A DNA stretch of 64,000 nt from an uncultured cyanobacterium (GCA_963803805.1 CAWDOD010000010.1:416001-480000); one strand, 5' to 3'; positions 17,084 through 29,165 are shown, numbered from the stretch's first letter. A program made the numbers and translations. Notes: generated from the letters alone by a model not told the origin.

Positions 17084-18004
17084 GTGAACGTGAAATTATT
17101 TGCTGTTAAAAGTCTGGTTTTTTTCTTCAGTATAACTGGAACAACTTTGCTTACTGTACCTGTTCTGGCTCAAACTGAGGAAGCTGGATTAGAGGAGAAG
17201 GTTAATCTTGAGTTGCAATGGTTTGATAGTACCCAGAAACTAGAAGCAGCGGTTCCTCCTCTGGTTTCAACCAGTGCAGAAAACTCTGTTGAAGAGCAAG
17301 CATTTACTGCTACACAAGAGGATTTACTACCTCAAACCTTAGCAGAAAATTCCCTTAAGTCTGTTGAAAAGCAAGCAGAAATTATCTTAGAAGAAGATTT
17401 ACCTGAAGTTGTAGCCAATCAACCTGTAGAATCTCAAGAATGGCGACAACCCATAACCAACTCAGCAGCCCTGCAACCTCTACCAAAAGAAGCCGATAAC
17501 TTCAATCTTGAATCTAGCTTTGAGTCAGATATTCCCCTGTTAGCACAAACAGATATTGAATTAGGGCGCTTAACCCGTTCTAGCTTCAGTTATATTGGCG
17601 TTGGGGGCAACATTGGTTTAACTGGGGATACAGGGGTTGGTGAAGGAGCTTTTGTTGTTAATGCAAAAATAGCCCTTTCTCGCAGTTTATCTCTACGTCC
17701 TGCGGCTCACTTTAGTGATAATACAGCCTTCTTAGCTTCTTTAACCTACGACTTCAACCTTCCTGGGCGAGATCCTTTTGAGCCAGTGCAGTTTTTTCCC
17801 TTTGTGGGAGGAGGAATCATCCTCAATACCGAAGACGATAGCGCCAATAGTGACAGTAGCGATGTCGGCTTTTTGTTAACTGGAGGAGTAGATTACCCCC
17901 TCTCAAGAGATTTTACGGCCAACGCAACTCTAAATATTGGTTTTCTTGATGAGACAGAAGTAGGTATTGTCTTGGGGGTTGGTTATACTTTTAGTAGTTT
18001 TTAG
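17084..18004 (+). CDS. Secreted protein with C-terminal outer-membrane beta-barrel-like domain
   Basis: Signal peptide, acidic linker, SYIGVGGNIG, PFVGGG, GGVDYP, terminal GVGYTF. Confidence 0.75.
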   Translation: MNVKLFAVKSLVFFFSITGTTLLTVPVLAQTEEAGLEEKVNLELQWFDSTQKLEAAVPPLVSTSAENSVEEQAFTATQEDLLPQTLAENSLKSVEKQAEIILEEDLPEVVANQPVESQEWRQPITNSAALQPLPKEADNFNLESSFESDIPLLAQTDIELGRLTRSSFSYIGVGGNIGLTGDTGVGEGAFVVNAKIALSRSLSLRPAAHFSDNTAFLASLTYDFNLPGRDPFEPVQFFPFVGGGIILNTEDDSANSDSSDVGFLLTGGVDYPLSRDFTANATLNIGFLDETEVGIVLGVGYTFSSF

Positions 18005-18024
18005 CTAATAGCTATTTGAAGTTA

Positions 18025-18906
18025 TTAGACCAATGGACTAAATTCCATTACCTTTTCATAACTTAAAACTGTATTTTGTAATAACATTGCTACCGTCATC
18101 GGCCCCACTCCGCCGGGGACGGGAGTAATGTAACCAGCAACCTCTGCTACGGAGTCGAAATCTACATCTCCTACTAAGCGGGATTGGCCGGTTTTTTCAT
18201 TGACAATCCGGTTAATCCCCACATCAATAACTGTAGCTCCTGGTTTAACCATGTCCGCAGTAATCATGCCAGGGGAACCTACCGCCGCAACTAAAATATC
18301 TGCACGACAAGTTAAATCAATTAAATCTTGCGATCGCGAGTGAGCAATAGTCACAGTGGCATTTTCTGCTAATAACATCAGGGATAAGGGTTTGCCTACT
18401 AAAATGCTTCGTCCCACCACCACCGCTTGTTTGCCGCTCAAATCAATTTTATACTCTTTGCACAACTCCATCACCCCAGCAGGAGTACAACTGCGCAAAC
18501 CAGGTTCTCCTCGCAACAAACGCCCTAAATTAACTGGATGCAAGCCATCAGCATCTTTATCAGGATCAATCTGTTGTAGAAGACTCACCCCATCTAAGCC
18601 TTCGGGTAAGGGAAGTTGAACGAGGATACCATCTACTTGCTGATTTTCATTAAGTTCGGCGATAACTTCCTGGAGTTCTTGTTGAGTTGTATTTTTAGGA
18701 AAGTGCTTACCCATTGAGGCGATGCCAACCTTTTGACAAGCTTTCTCTTTATTGCGAACATAGGCTGCACTTGCAGGATTGTCTCCTACCATCACTACCG
18801 CTAGTCCTGGAGGACGACCAACTTTTGCTTTTAGGATAGCAACCTTTTCCTTAAGTTGTACCTGAATCTTTTGAGCTAACGCTTTACCATCTAAAAGCTG
18901 AGTCAT
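18025..18906 (-). CDS. folD: Bifunctional methylene-THF dehydrogenase/cyclohydrolase
   Basis: [43 protein letters not shown]. Confidence 0.97.
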   Translation of the reverse strand: MTQLLDGKALAQKIQVQLKEKVAILKAKVGRPPGLAVVMVGDNPASAAYVRNKEKACQKVGIASMGKHFPKNTTQQELQEVIAELNENQQVDGILVQLPLPEGLDGVSLLQQIDPDKDADGLHPVNLGRLLRGEPGLRSCTPAGVMELCKEYKIDLSGKQAVVVGRSILVGKPLSLMLLAENATVTIAHSRSQDLIDLTCRADILVAAVGSPGMITADMVKPGATVIDVGINRIVNEKTGQSRLVGDVDFDSVAEVAGYITPVPGGVGPMTVAMLLQNTVLSYEKVMEFSPLV

Positions 18907-19020
18907 GGTTAATCAGTCCTAACTTTCGTTGCTTAGTGCTATAACAAATTAAATAATTTAATCTACGACAACGGCAAAGCCGTACAAATATTGAACGTAC
19001 TTCAGCAGTCGAGTAAACCA

Positions 19021-19413
19021 ATGATACAAAAATATAAAAGTGGTTTAATTACACTGCAATTACTTAGTTTACTTGGCTGTAGTCAGTGGCAGCGTTCCCA
19101 GGTAACTTTTCCTGTAGAAAAGAAACTTACCTTGACTCCCATTCAAAAACTAGAACAGCAGAATCTAGATTCTACAGTTTATATTAAGGGGCAAGTAAAA
19201 GAAAAAATTCCTTTGCTAGATGAAGGAGCCTATGCCCTAAGTGATTCTACAGGAACAATTTGGGTGAAAAGTGAGCAACATCTTCCTAAACCAGGAGATG
19301 TGGTTTTGATTAAAGGGCAAATTCAATATAAATCTATCCTGGTGGGTGAGCAAGAGTTGGGAGAAAGATATGTAGGGGAAATAGAACAGTTAGGGAAGCA
19401 AACGAATAAATAG
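19021..19413 (+). CDS. OB-fold lipoprotein
   Basis: Lipobox LLGC; VYIKGQV, Y.LSDSTGTIWV; ATG at 19021 preferred. Confidence 0.7.
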   Translation: MIQKYKSGLITLQLLSLLGCSQWQRSQVTFPVEKKLTLTPIQKLEQQNLDSTVYIKGQVKEKIPLLDEGAYALSDSTGTIWVKSEQHLPKPGDVVLIKGQIQYKSILVGEQELGERYVGEIEQLGKQTNK

Positions 19414-19424
19414 TACAGTACAAA

Positions 19425-19871
19425 ATGAATGAACCAGCAGTTTCTATCGCCGTTGCTATCCTTTATTGTGAAGGGAAATTCCTGATGCAATTGCGAGACA
19501 ATATTCCTGGCATTCGCTATCCAGGACATTGGGGTTTTTTTGGTGGCCATTTGGAAACTGGAGAAACCCCATTAGAGGGAGTCAAAAGAGAATTACTTGA
19601 AGAAATTAGTTATACTCCTCCTTCCCTGAGCTTGTTCGACCGCCGTATTGAAGTTGAGGTGATTAGATATATCTACCATGCTCCTTTAACAGTTGGCAAA
19701 GAACAATTAGTTCTTGGTGAAGGTTGGGATTTTGATTTTTTAACAATTGAGGATATTCACCGGGGGAATTGCTATTCTAAAAAAGCGGATCAAGTACTTC
19801 CCCTCGGTCTTCCTCATCAGAAAATTCTGCTCAATTTTATTGAGAGTGCCAATTTATTCAGGGAAAGTTAA
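19425..19871 (+). CDS. NUDIX hydrolase
   Basis: Nudix box GGHLETGETPLEGVKRELLEEI. Confidence 0.92.
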   Translation: MNEPAVSIAVAILYCEGKFLMQLRDNIPGIRYPGHWGFFGGHLETGETPLEGVKRELLEEISYTPPSLSLFDRRIEVEVIRYIYHAPLTVGKEQLVLGEGWDFDFLTIEDIHRGNCYSKKADQVLPLGLPHQKILLNFIESANLFRES

Positions 19872-20175
19872 TCTACCTAAGCTCGTAAAATCAAGAGCTT
19901 AATTGAAGCGCACAGACTGAGTAAACAGTGCAGTATCTTTGATTACCAATGTTAATAAAAAAACCTAACTTAAAGCCATGCAGCTAGAACCAACAGACAA
20001 TGAGAAAATTGGCACAAAAATATATCTAAATTTCTCACTTATTTAGTATTTTATTGATTAGACTAAAGATGGCTACCACTGCGATACCGAAGGTTGTAGC
20101 TCCCTCCCTAAGTCTAGGAAGATCGAAGATTATTCTCCTGTCTAACACGAAAATCACTTTTTTTTGAGCCAGCTA

Positions 20176-21489
20176 ATGAACCAAGCCAACAAAAATTTCC
20201 CTGTGCTTCATCGTCTCTTGTTTGGAGGAGCGATTGCAACGTCTTTAGTTACTAGTTCTCTAGTGATTCCCGGCTTCATTCCTTCTGTGAGGGCAGCCTT
20301 GGATGATAGTCCGAAAACAGTGGTTGATGAAGTCTGGCAAATTGTGAATCGAGAGTTTGTAGATAGAAGTTTTAATCAACTTGATTGGCAAGTGGTTAGG
20401 CAGGAACTTCTCAGTAAAGAATATGATTCCACTGAAGAGGCTTATGAGGCAATTCGCCAGGCTTTGAAGCAGCTTAATGATCCCTACACTCGCTTTCTCG
20501 ATCCCCAAGATTTTCAGAACCTTACAGATCAAACTTCTGGAGAACTTTCTGGTCTAGGTATTCATCTAGAAATCAATGAAAAAACCCAAGTTCTTACAGT
20601 AGTAGATCCTATACCTAACTCCCCAGCTAGCGAAGCAGGGATTCAAACCGGGGATCAAATTCTAGCTATTGATGGTAAACCTACCTCTCTGCTCAGTTTA
20701 GAACAGTCGTCAGCACTAATTCGTGGTGAAGTCGGCTCAGAAATCACCTTGAAGATAAATAGAGCAGGGCAGGGAGAATTTGTACTAACCTTAGCCCGCG
20801 CTCAAATTGAATTACCTGCTGTTTCCTACAGCCTTAACCAAGAAGATAGCATTAAAGTCGGTTATATTAACCTTACAGAATTTAGTTCCCACGCTGCCGA
20901 ACAAATGAAGGTGGCGATTCAAGATTTAAGTAAAGAGCAAGTAGATGGCTTCGTTCTGGATTTGCGGGGGAATCCTGGGGGATTATTGTTTGCTAGTGTA
21001 GATATTGCTCGGATGTGGGTAGATACGGGTAACATTGTTCGTACAGTAGATACCCGCACTGGCAATCGAGAATTTGCTGCTAACAACACAGCTTTGACTA
21101 ACTTACCTTTAGTGGTTTTAGTAGATGAAAATTCTGCTAGCGCCAGCGAGATTTTAGCAGGAGCATTGAAAGATAACAAACGGGCTACGGTAGTAGGAAA
21201 CCGTACTTTTGGTAAGGGAACCGTACAATCGGTACATTCTCTATCTGATGGTTCTGGCTTAGCTGTAACTATCTCTCAATATTATCCTCCTAGCGGTGTG
21301 GATATTAATAAAAAAGGTATTGCTCCAGATATTCAACAAAGTTTGACAAAGCTGCAACAGCGACGTTTAACTGGCAATCCTTCCTTGCTAGGAACTAATG
21401 ATGATCCCCAGTATGTGAGGGCCATTAGTGTCTTAAACCGCTTAAGTCAGACTCAATTACCTAGCGAACCCATTAGCGTTGCCCAGTAA
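20176..21489 (+). CDS. Carboxyl-terminal processing protease (S41, CtpA/CtpB family)
   Basis: DPYTRFL, PDZ, LDLRGNPGG, SASASEI, TFGKG; ATG at 20176 preferred. Confidence 0.93.
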   Translation: MNQANKNFPVLHRLLFGGAIATSLVTSSLVIPGFIPSVRAALDDSPKTVVDEVWQIVNREFVDRSFNQLDWQVVRQELLSKEYDSTEEAYEAIRQALKQLNDPYTRFLDPQDFQNLTDQTSGELSGLGIHLEINEKTQVLTVVDPIPNSPASEAGIQTGDQILAIDGKPTSLLSLEQSSALIRGEVGSEITLKINRAGQGEFVLTLARAQIELPAVSYSLNQEDSIKVGYINLTEFSSHAAEQMKVAIQDLSKEQVDGFVLDLRGNPGGLLFASVDIARMWVDTGNIVRTVDTRTGNREFAANNTALTNLPLVVLVDENSASASEILAGALKDNKRATVVGNRTFGKGTVQSVHSLSDGSGLAVTISQYYPPSGVDINKKGIAPDIQQSLTKLQQRRLTGNPSLLGTNDDPQYVRAISVLNRLSQTQLPSEPISVAQ

Positions 21490-21511
21490 TAATAATTTAA
21501 TTTTTGCAGCG

Positions 21512-21559
21512 ATCGCCTTAATGAGCCTCAACTTAAAAAGGAAATCTCATTAAGGCGAT
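21512..21559. terminator. 14-bp perfect inverted repeat after the ctp gene
   Basis: ATCGCCTTAATGAG (21512-21525) / CTCATTAAGGCGAT (21546-21559). Confidence 0.65.
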
Positions 21560-21760
21560 TTAATCTGTAGAGGGAGCTAAAAAACCTTTAGCCCAGAATC
21601 AACAAGAGTTTTAGACCTCAACTCACTAGGTAATAAATCAGGTTTACCAAGAAAATTTAACTTCTAACCATTCCTAATATTAGAATAAGGTGAATAAGTG
21701 TAAAGAAAAGTTTCCATAACTTTTCAATTGTCCACCTTCAAAGATGTTTTTAAGCGCAAA

Positions 21761-22564
21761 ATGCAACATCGTCTTATTCAAAAAACTTTAATATTCCTAG
21801 TTGCCTGTCTCTTGAGTTTATCTACTTGGGCGATCGCACCTGTAGCTTGGGCTTTTGATAATCCTGATTTATTGCCTGAAGTTGAAACACCGATCATTGA
21901 TTTAGCCAACTTCCTCCCTTCTCTGCAAGAAGAATCCCTAATAACAAATTTAGAAAGCTTTGAAGAAAATACAGGCTGGAAACTCAGAGTACTAACCCAG
22001 TATGATCGTACCCCTGGTAGGGCAGTCAAAAAGTTTTGGGGACTAGATGATCGCAGTATTCTCCTGGTTGCTGATGCTAGGGGGGGCAACCTTTTAGCTT
22101 TTAATGTTGGCGATGATATTTATCCTCTGCTTCCTCGTACTTTTTGGGTAGAACTGCAAACTCGCTACGGCAACCTTTATTATGTACGGGATGAAGGGGA
22201 AAATAACTCGATTGTCCAAGCCCTTTACACTGTAGAAGAATGCCTCAAAAACGGCGGTTGTAATGTCGTACCAGGATTACCGAAAGAACAGTGGATTCTG
22301 ACTTTAATTAGTTCTGTAGTTGGGGGATTTATTTTTGGACTGGCAGCAGTCCCCCGTAAAGAAGGTCAAATCTTTGCTTGGCAGTGGGCCTTAATTTTTT
22401 CACCTTTGTGGGGCATACTATTCATTGCTTTTGGTATCGGACCAGTTGTAACCAGAACTTCTGAGTGGTTACCCTTATTCAGAAATGTTATTGGTTTTGT
22501 TTTAGGTGCTTTAGTCGCTTACTTATCTCCTATGATCGCTCAATCAAATGCTTCAGAGACTTAA
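21761..22564 (+). CDS. TPM-domain thylakoid protein
   Basis: Signal peptide ending AWA; TGWKLRVLTQYDRTPG, FWVELQTRYGN; three C-terminal TM helices; ATG at 21761 preferred. Confidence 0.8.
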   Translation: MQHRLIQKTLIFLVACLLSLSTWAIAPVAWAFDNPDLLPEVETPIIDLANFLPSLQEESLITNLESFEENTGWKLRVLTQYDRTPGRAVKKFWGLDDRSILLVADARGGNLLAFNVGDDIYPLLPRTFWVELQTRYGNLYYVRDEGENNSIVQALYTVEECLKNGGCNVVPGLPKEQWILTLISSVVGGFIFGLAAVPRKEGQIFAWQWALIFSPLWGILFIAFGIGPVVTRTSEWLPLFRNVIGFVLGALVAYLSPMIAQSNASET

Positions 22565-22656
22565 AAGTATAGAGAGCAAATAATTCGAGGGTGTTCTATG
22601 ATACATTTGAGCTTTCTAAGCAAAAGATACTTTAAGCTGATGGGAAACTAAGCATC

Positions 22657-23277
22657 ATGGAATGGCATACAACCGATGCCCAAAGTCTATCTATTATTGA
22701 CCGAGAAGTTGGTGAACATATTTTTTCTCCTGCGGAGTATGAAATTGTTCGTCGCGTCATTTATGAAACAGCAGACTTTGAGTATAAAAGTTTAGTACGC
22801 TTTTCGGAACGTGCGCTTCAAGCTGGGGCAGCAGCTTTGGCTGCTCGTACTACCATTGTGGTAGATGTACCTATGGTACAGGTGGGTATTACCTATCATA
22901 TTCAAAACACCTTCGCCAACCCTGTTTATTGCGCTATGGAAACCTTAACTAGGCCGCAAAAAGAAAAGACTCAAGCGGCTTGGGGCATTCAAACTTTAGC
23001 AAGGCGCTATCCCGAAGGTATTTTTGTGGTTGGACAAGCTCAAACTTCCCTCACGGCTCTAGTAGAATTGATTGAAGCAGAGGAAATACGCCCAGCTTTG
23101 GTGATTGGTACTCCTTCTGGCTTTGTGGGGGTAGATAGGGCCAAGTCTAAGTTGAAAGATACCTTAACTCCTCATATTCGTATTAAAGGGCGTAAGGGTA
23201 GCTCTGTGGTGGCGGCTGCAATTGTTAATGGCTTGGTGGATTTAGCTTGGGAAGCTTATGGTAAGGAGGAAGGCTAA
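22657..23277 (+). CDS. cobH: Precorrin-8X methylmutase family
   Basis: SLSIIDRE, IVRRVIYETADF, DVPMV, LVIGTPSGFVG, GRKGSSVVAAAIVN. Confidence 0.85.
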   Translation: MEWHTTDAQSLSIIDREVGEHIFSPAEYEIVRRVIYETADFEYKSLVRFSERALQAGAAALAARTTIVVDVPMVQVGITYHIQNTFANPVYCAMETLTRPQKEKTQAAWGIQTLARRYPEGIFVVGQAQTSLTALVELIEAEEIRPALVIGTPSGFVGVDRAKSKLKDTLTPHIRIKGRKGSSVVAAAIVNGLVDLAWEAYGKEEG

Positions 23278-23307
23278 GAAGTAGGGAGTAGAATTGAAGA
23301 GTTAGGC

Positions 23308-24093
23308 TTAAAGCAGGACTTGTAAGAGAAAAGAAAGAACTCCTCCTAAAAATCTGCCTACACCACCTCCAGATCCCCCAGAGTTACGATTCTCGGCAGC
23401 TTGGCGGGCTTCTTCTATACTAACTAGGAATTGATCAGAAGTTTCTTTGCCCTTAACATTACCTTGTTTTTCAAACAAAGTACTAGCTATGGTGGCATTT
23501 TTAATCGCTTCTTCTTCATCGCGGAGGCGATATAAAGTCCAAGCACTTCCTAAATAAGCTGCGGCTAATTCTGGATCTAAAGCAAGAGCTTTATTGTAAT
23601 GTTCTAGGGCAGCAGCATAGTTTTGCCGATTAGCTTCCATAACCCCCCAAACATTAAATTGTTCGGCACTAGCAGCATCTAAAGGAATACCAATAGTTCC
23701 TTGAATATAAGCTGAGGCTAAACTAGTATCTTCGAGTTTGGCATCAAACAAGTAAGCATCTCTTAAGTCTGTACCATTAAGAATCGCCCCCCGAAGATCG
23801 GCCCCGGTTAAGTTAGCGCCGTTAAGGGAAGTACCCGTTAAGTTAGCACCCCTTAAATCTGCACCGCTTAAATCTGCCCTACTGAGGTTAGCGCGAGTTA
23901 AATTTGTTTGGGTTAGTTGAGCATTAGAAAGTCTAGCTAAAACTAAACCCGCCCCAGTTAAATCACACTGAACACATTGCTTTGTATTTAATAATTGACT
24001 TAGTTGAGTTAGATTCTCTGCCTTGGCAGGAGTTGCTAAACTAATTGTGGTTAAAAGTACAGCAGCAGTTACAATTTGAGGTTTCATAATCAA
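23308..24093 (-). CDS. Exported pentapeptide-repeat + TPR protein
   Basis: Signal peptide, LLNTKQCVQCDL, A(N/D)LxG repeats, TPR-like helices. Confidence 0.9.
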   Translation of the reverse strand: MIMKPQIVTAAVLLTTISLATPAKAENLTQLSQLLNTKQCVQCDLTGAGLVLARLSNAQLTQTNLTRANLSRADLSGADLRGANLTGTSLNGANLTGADLRGAILNGTDLRDAYLFDAKLEDTSLASAYIQGTIGIPLDAASAEQFNVWGVMEANRQNYAAALEHYNKALALDPELAAAYLGSAWTLYRLRDEEEAIKNATIASTLFEKQGNVKGKETSDQFLVSIEEARQAAENRNSGGSGGGVGRFLGGVLSFLLQVLL

Positions 24094-24234
24094 GTTACTT
24101 GAGCTTAGATAAAAGCTTTTTTAGGCAGCATTTATGTTCCAGGATAGCTTTGCTTTTCTCTCTTAGCCTAAGAAGTTATTTATTTGTTAAGCTGATGGGC
24201 ATTCTTAACAAGCATTTTTTATACCTGATAGCTT

Positions 24235-24534
24235 ATGCACGCTCTTTCTATTCCTACCTGGGTTATCCATGTTTCTAGCGTTTTTGAGTGGATAGCGGCG
24301 ATTTGGTTTATTTGGCGCTATGGTGAGGTAACGAATAATAAAGCTTGGTATGGGCTTTCTTTTGCGATGTTACCTGCTTTGGTTAGCGCCATGTGTGCCT
24401 GTACTTGGCACTTCTTTGATAATCCAGTTTCTTTAGAGTGGTTAGTTACTGTCCAAGCTTCTATGACTGTGTTAGGGAATTGCACTCTCTGCGTTGCAGG
24501 TTGGTGGATTTATAGAGAACAGGCAATAGAATAG
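24235..24534 (+). CDS. ycf49: DUF2499 / Ycf49-like membrane protein
   Basis: ALSIPTWVIHVSSV.EW, AMLPALVSAMCACTWHFFDN. Confidence 0.85.
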   Translation: MHALSIPTWVIHVSSVFEWIAAIWFIWRYGEVTNNKAWYGLSFAMLPALVSAMCACTWHFFDNPVSLEWLVTVQASMTVLGNCTLCVAGWWIYREQAIE

Positions 24535-24589
24535 TATTTTACTTGCCACCTCCGTTACTGCTCCCCGCTCCCTACTCCCTTCTTCCTCA

Positions 24590-24898
24590 ATGATTTCTAA
24601 AGATACTTTATTTGCTCTTTCCCTGTTTCCTTACTTAGGATTTTTGTGGTTTATTACTCGTTCTGGAAAAGCACCGCGTTTGGCTTTAATTGGGTTTTAT
24701 GTCCTGCTAGTTTTTGTGGCTGTTACTATTCCAGCAGGAATTTATGCTCAAGTGAACTACCACAAATCTTTAGCCAATGTAGACTGGCTTCATGGCAGTG
24801 CAGAAGCTTTTTTAACCCTTTCCAACATTTTAGTCGTGCTTGGTTTTCGCAAAGCGATTATTGAACACCAAAAAGATTCAGCAGAAGCTGAAAGTTAG
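24590..24898 (+). CDS. DUF3593 membrane protein
   Basis: LFALSLFPYLGFL, LANVDWLHGSAE; usual partner of DUF2499. Confidence 0.85.
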   Translation: MISKDTLFALSLFPYLGFLWFITRSGKAPRLALIGFYVLLVFVAVTIPAGIYAQVNYHKSLANVDWLHGSAEAFLTLSNILVVLGFRKAIIEHQKDSAEAES

Positions 24899-24934
24899 CA
24901 AGCAATAGGCAGCAGTTTTGCCTAGTCTCCCCAT

Positions 24935-25918
<984 letters not shown>

Positions 25919-26118
25919 TTATCAGTTCTTACTTTCGGTTTATCATACCAAGCTAAGTTTGATTGAGTTTCTTTTTGTTACTTAATTCTATATGTCAATT
26001 TGTTAAATTTCCTTGGCAAAAAACCTTTTTTACTCCTTGAGATGATATTATGTATGTGGTTAGAAATGTGCGTTCTTAAAAATAGGTTTTAAACAAGTTT
26101 TAAAAGTGCGATCGCCGC

Positions 26119-26165
26119 AAAAAAAATGAATTAGGCGCTCACCACAGTGAAATAAACCTAATTCA
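26119..26165 (-). terminator. Intrinsic terminator of the 26195-26566 gene
   Basis: TGAATTAGG / CCTAATTCA stem followed by a U-tract on the minus strand. Confidence 0.6.
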
Positions 26166-26194
26166 AAAACTCATACAACCGAAGCACTAGTCAA

Positions 26195-26566
26195 TTAATC
26201 AATAGCGTCTTTAGCATTCTCAACAGTTTCTTCTACTTTTTCTTTCGCTGTTTCTGCTGCTTCTTCAACACCTTCAGAACGTTGGTCAATAATTAGCTTT
26301 GTAGTTTCGGGGATATTTTCTGGTAACTCACGGATATTCTCTAAACCCGTGTCACCAATATCATCACCACCAAAATCTTCCGCTTTTTGTTGAATTCTTT
26401 TGACAGTAGCAGCATCTACTTGTTCAGTGTTGTCATTATCCAAGAATGGCAAAGCTTGTGCTGGTTGACTAAATGCAGCTACAGTAAAAAATGCTAATGT
26501 TGCCACAAAAAAGGCAGCTATTTGGCGTAGGCGTAAACTCCTAACCTGAGAAATGAATTTTCTCAT
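26195..26566 (-). CDS. Small exported acidic hypothetical protein
   Basis: Signal peptide ending AQA; hydrophilic LEA-like C-terminus. Confidence 0.75.
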   Translation of the reverse strand: MRKFISQVRSLRLRQIAAFFVATLAFFTVAAFSQPAQALPFLDNDNTEQVDAATVKRIQQKAEDFGGDDIGDTGLENIRELPENIPETTKLIIDQRSEGVEEAAETAKEKVEETVENAKDAID

Positions 26567-26700
26567 ATATAGATTTAAGACTCCGTTACTTATGACTTCA
26601 TTTGAAATATTAAGAAATCTTGCCTTAACTAATCGTCTTTCCTGAGAAGGTTTTTTGCTTAACTAAACTCTGCCTTTCGTCGTAGGTTTACCCTGCTTCT

Positions 26701-26889
26701 TCAGCTTTCACAATCTGTATCAATTTCAATATCAAGGGTATCTTCATCAATACGGATATAGAGGATGTTGGGGCGACAACAAACTTGACAATCTTCTGTA
26801 TAGGATTGTTGCAAACCAGCACTAATATCTATAAAAGTTGTACTCGGTTCGCCACAAAAGGCACAATAATATTCAGCCGTATTTTGCAT
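26701..26889 (-). CDS. CPXCG-motif cysteine-rich small protein
   Basis: CAFCGE ... Q.YTEDCQVCCRP. Confidence 0.88.
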   Translation of the reverse strand: MQNTAEYYCAFCGEPSTTFIDISAGLQQSYTEDCQVCCRPNILYIRIDEDTLDIEIDTDCES

Positions 26890-26912
26890 AGGGATTAATA
26901 AATAATCAATTG

Positions 26913-28532
26913 TTAAATGCTGCTGGATTTTGAATGAGTAAACGCTTCTTGCCGATGCTTCAGGAGAGTTTCTTGAGGCAGAAGCCCTTGGAGATGATTC
27001 CAGGGTAAAATTTGCTCAGTAGACCAGTTTTGATGGACGTAGAAATCTAGGTTGGGTAACTTACCTTGTAATTGCTTAAAAGCGCGTTTGTAACTTCCTA
27101 AAGAATCGCCGTAGTCGCGAGTAAGTTCTAATAATGGTGTCAAACGCCTATCCCCCCTGGATATTAAAGCTTGAATCACTGACCAATTGTAACTCTCTGG
27201 CCGAAAATCAACGCCTTGGGAACGTAATTGTTTTTGTAGGAATTTGAGACGCTTTTGAGATTGGGAGTTAACCCCAAACCATTGAAAAGGAGTGTGGGAT
27301 TTGGGTACAAAGGTGCTGCAACCTAAGCTTAAACGTAAACCGGGGGCAGCTTTTTTAATTGCTTGCATCATGGTTACTGTTGCTTCAACATCTTCAATTT
27401 CTTCCCCAGGAAGCCCCACCATACCATATAACTTTAATCCCTTTAATCCGCCAGCTTTGGCATTAATGGCTGCTTGAATTATTTCCTCGTTTGTCAACTT
27501 CTTATTAATAATCTGGCGTAATTTCTCTGAACCAGTTTCTACAGCGACGGTAAGGGAATTAGTGCCTCTGTTAGCTAAGGTTTTTGCTAAGTTTTCTGTT
27601 ACGGTATTAGTACGAACTGAAGCAATACTTAACCTTACCTGTTCATATTTAGGTTGAGAAAGATAAGCTAATAAATCATTGAATTCTGGATGTTGGGTTA
27701 CTGATGCCCCTAATAAACCGATACGATTAGTAACTTTTAGTCCCCTTTCAATGGCTGGAATTAAGGAAGTTTCTAAACTGGCGCTACGAAAAGGTAAAGT
27801 AAGATAACTTGCTAGGCAAAAGCGACACATTTCTGGACAACTGCGTACCACCTCCACCATATAAATGTTTTCCCAAGCAGCTTTTTCCGTCACTACTGTA
27901 GAAGCAGAAAGAATATTACCTCGGTAGGTTTGTTTATAAATTTGGGGAGGAATATCCTCAAAAATAGGTTCAATGGTTGCGATCGCCCCTTCTGGATCAG
28001 TGTAGGTTACTTCATATAAACTAGGAACATAAATTCCTGGAACCTTTGCTAAATGCTTTAATTGAGTTAAGCGTTCTGCATTCCTAACTTCTTGATAAGC
28101 ATTAATAAAATCATCAAGGAGATTTTCTCCATCTCCCAGAAGAATAATATCAAAAAAAGCGGCAAAGGGTTCAGGATTAGCGGTTAAAACTGGTCCTCCA
28201 CCAAAAACCAGGGGATGGGAATCATTTCTAATTTTGGAATGAAAGGGAATAGCTAACTTTTCTAACAGGTTGAGAATGTTGATGTAATCTAATTCCCAAG
28301 AAAGGGAAAAACCTAACAATTCCGAATTTCTTGGTAAGGATTCTTGAGTATCTGTAAACAGACGACTAACATCTAAATCAGAGCGTTTGGCTAAAGTAGC
28401 CCAAACAATTTGATAACCTAAACTAGTAATACCGACACTGTATTGATTAGGGAAAGCGAAAATAACCGGAATAGCATCGTGATCCGGAGAAGTTGGGGTG
28501 AAAAGAAGGTTTTCTTGGTTAAATACGCTCAC
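26913..28532 (-). CDS. B12-binding-domain radical SAM protein
   Basis: CPEMCRFC (CxxxCxxC), GGPVLTANPEP, GDGE. Confidence 0.9.
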   Translation of the reverse strand: MSVFNQENLLFTPTSPDHDAIPVIFAFPNQYSVGITSLGYQIVWATLAKRSDLDVSRLFTDTQESLPRNSELLGFSLSWELDYINILNLLEKLAIPFHSKIRNDSHPLVFGGGPVLTANPEPFAAFFDIILLGDGENLLDDFINAYQEVRNAERLTQLKHLAKVPGIYVPSLYEVTYTDPEGAIATIEPIFEDIPPQIYKQTYRGNILSASTVVTEKAAWENIYMVEVVRSCPEMCRFCLASYLTLPFRSASLETSLIPAIERGLKVTNRIGLLGASVTQHPEFNDLLAYLSQPKYEQVRLSIASVRTNTVTENLAKTLANRGTNSLTVAVETGSEKLRQIINKKLTNEEIIQAAINAKAGGLKGLKLYGMVGLPGEEIEDVEATVTMMQAIKKAAPGLRLSLGCSTFVPKSHTPFQWFGVNSQSQKRLKFLQKQLRSQGVDFRPESYNWSVIQALISRGDRRLTPLLELTRDYGDSLGSYKRAFKQLQGKLPNLDFYVHQNWSTEQILPWNHLQGLLPQETLLKHRQEAFTHSKSSSI

Positions 28533-28651
28533 AAATACAAGTACGATAAAGTATGGGTAAAATCTTAATTTTTAATTTTTAATTTTCTCTTATGAGAAGC
28601 TTAAGCCAATAATTTTTAATTAATACTATCCCCTATTCCCTTTAATAATAT

Positions 28652-28984
28652 ATGGATTACAAAACCGCCCGTAAATTTCTAATTAAACAAGGAACCCTAA
28701 CTGATCCTAACACTGAGACTTTACTCAAACGTCTCCGGGAAAGCCAAGCCCCTATACCAGGTCAAGTAACCAATATTTTGCTGGCTTTAAAAATCTTGTG
28801 GGAAAACTTGCAAAAATCCCCAGAACTAGAAAAAGAATTAATTTACCCTCTTTATTTATTAGCTTATAAAAGCAGACAATTCTATGAACAAGGACGTAGA
28901 TCAAGGGTGAATTGGCCTCCATTATTAGATGAAGACTTAGAACGCATTGCTGAGGCGGTAGGTAAAGTTTTTTCTAGTCATTAG
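28652..28984 (+). CDS. Conserved cyanobacterial hypothetical protein
   Basis: PIPGQVT.ILLALK and WPPLLDEDL.RIA blocks. Confidence 0.78.
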   Translation: MDYKTARKFLIKQGTLTDPNTETLLKRLRESQAPIPGQVTNILLALKILWENLQKSPELEKELIYPLYLLAYKSRQFYEQGRRSRVNWPPLLDEDLERIAEAVGKVFSSH

Positions 28985-29165
28985 ATTACCATTCTCCTGC
29001 TGCAAATATTTGTTTTGCACTTAGATTTAATTTAGGGAAAGTTGGGGAGACGATCATCTCATCTCCTCGAAACTGTTGCATCTGATACTCACCGTCTACT
29101 AAAGTACAAACAGAGAATGTAGGTTGCTTGGGGGAACCATTGTTCTACAGTTATACCACTTCTGC

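Noticed and set aside
28652-28984. Dethiobiotin synthetase (a label I recall on similar proteins)
   Set aside because: 110 aa with no P-loop; too short for BioD.
28990-29160. Riboswitch or ncRNA between convergent genes
   Set aside because: Only short hairpins; no recognisable aptamer consensus or promoter.
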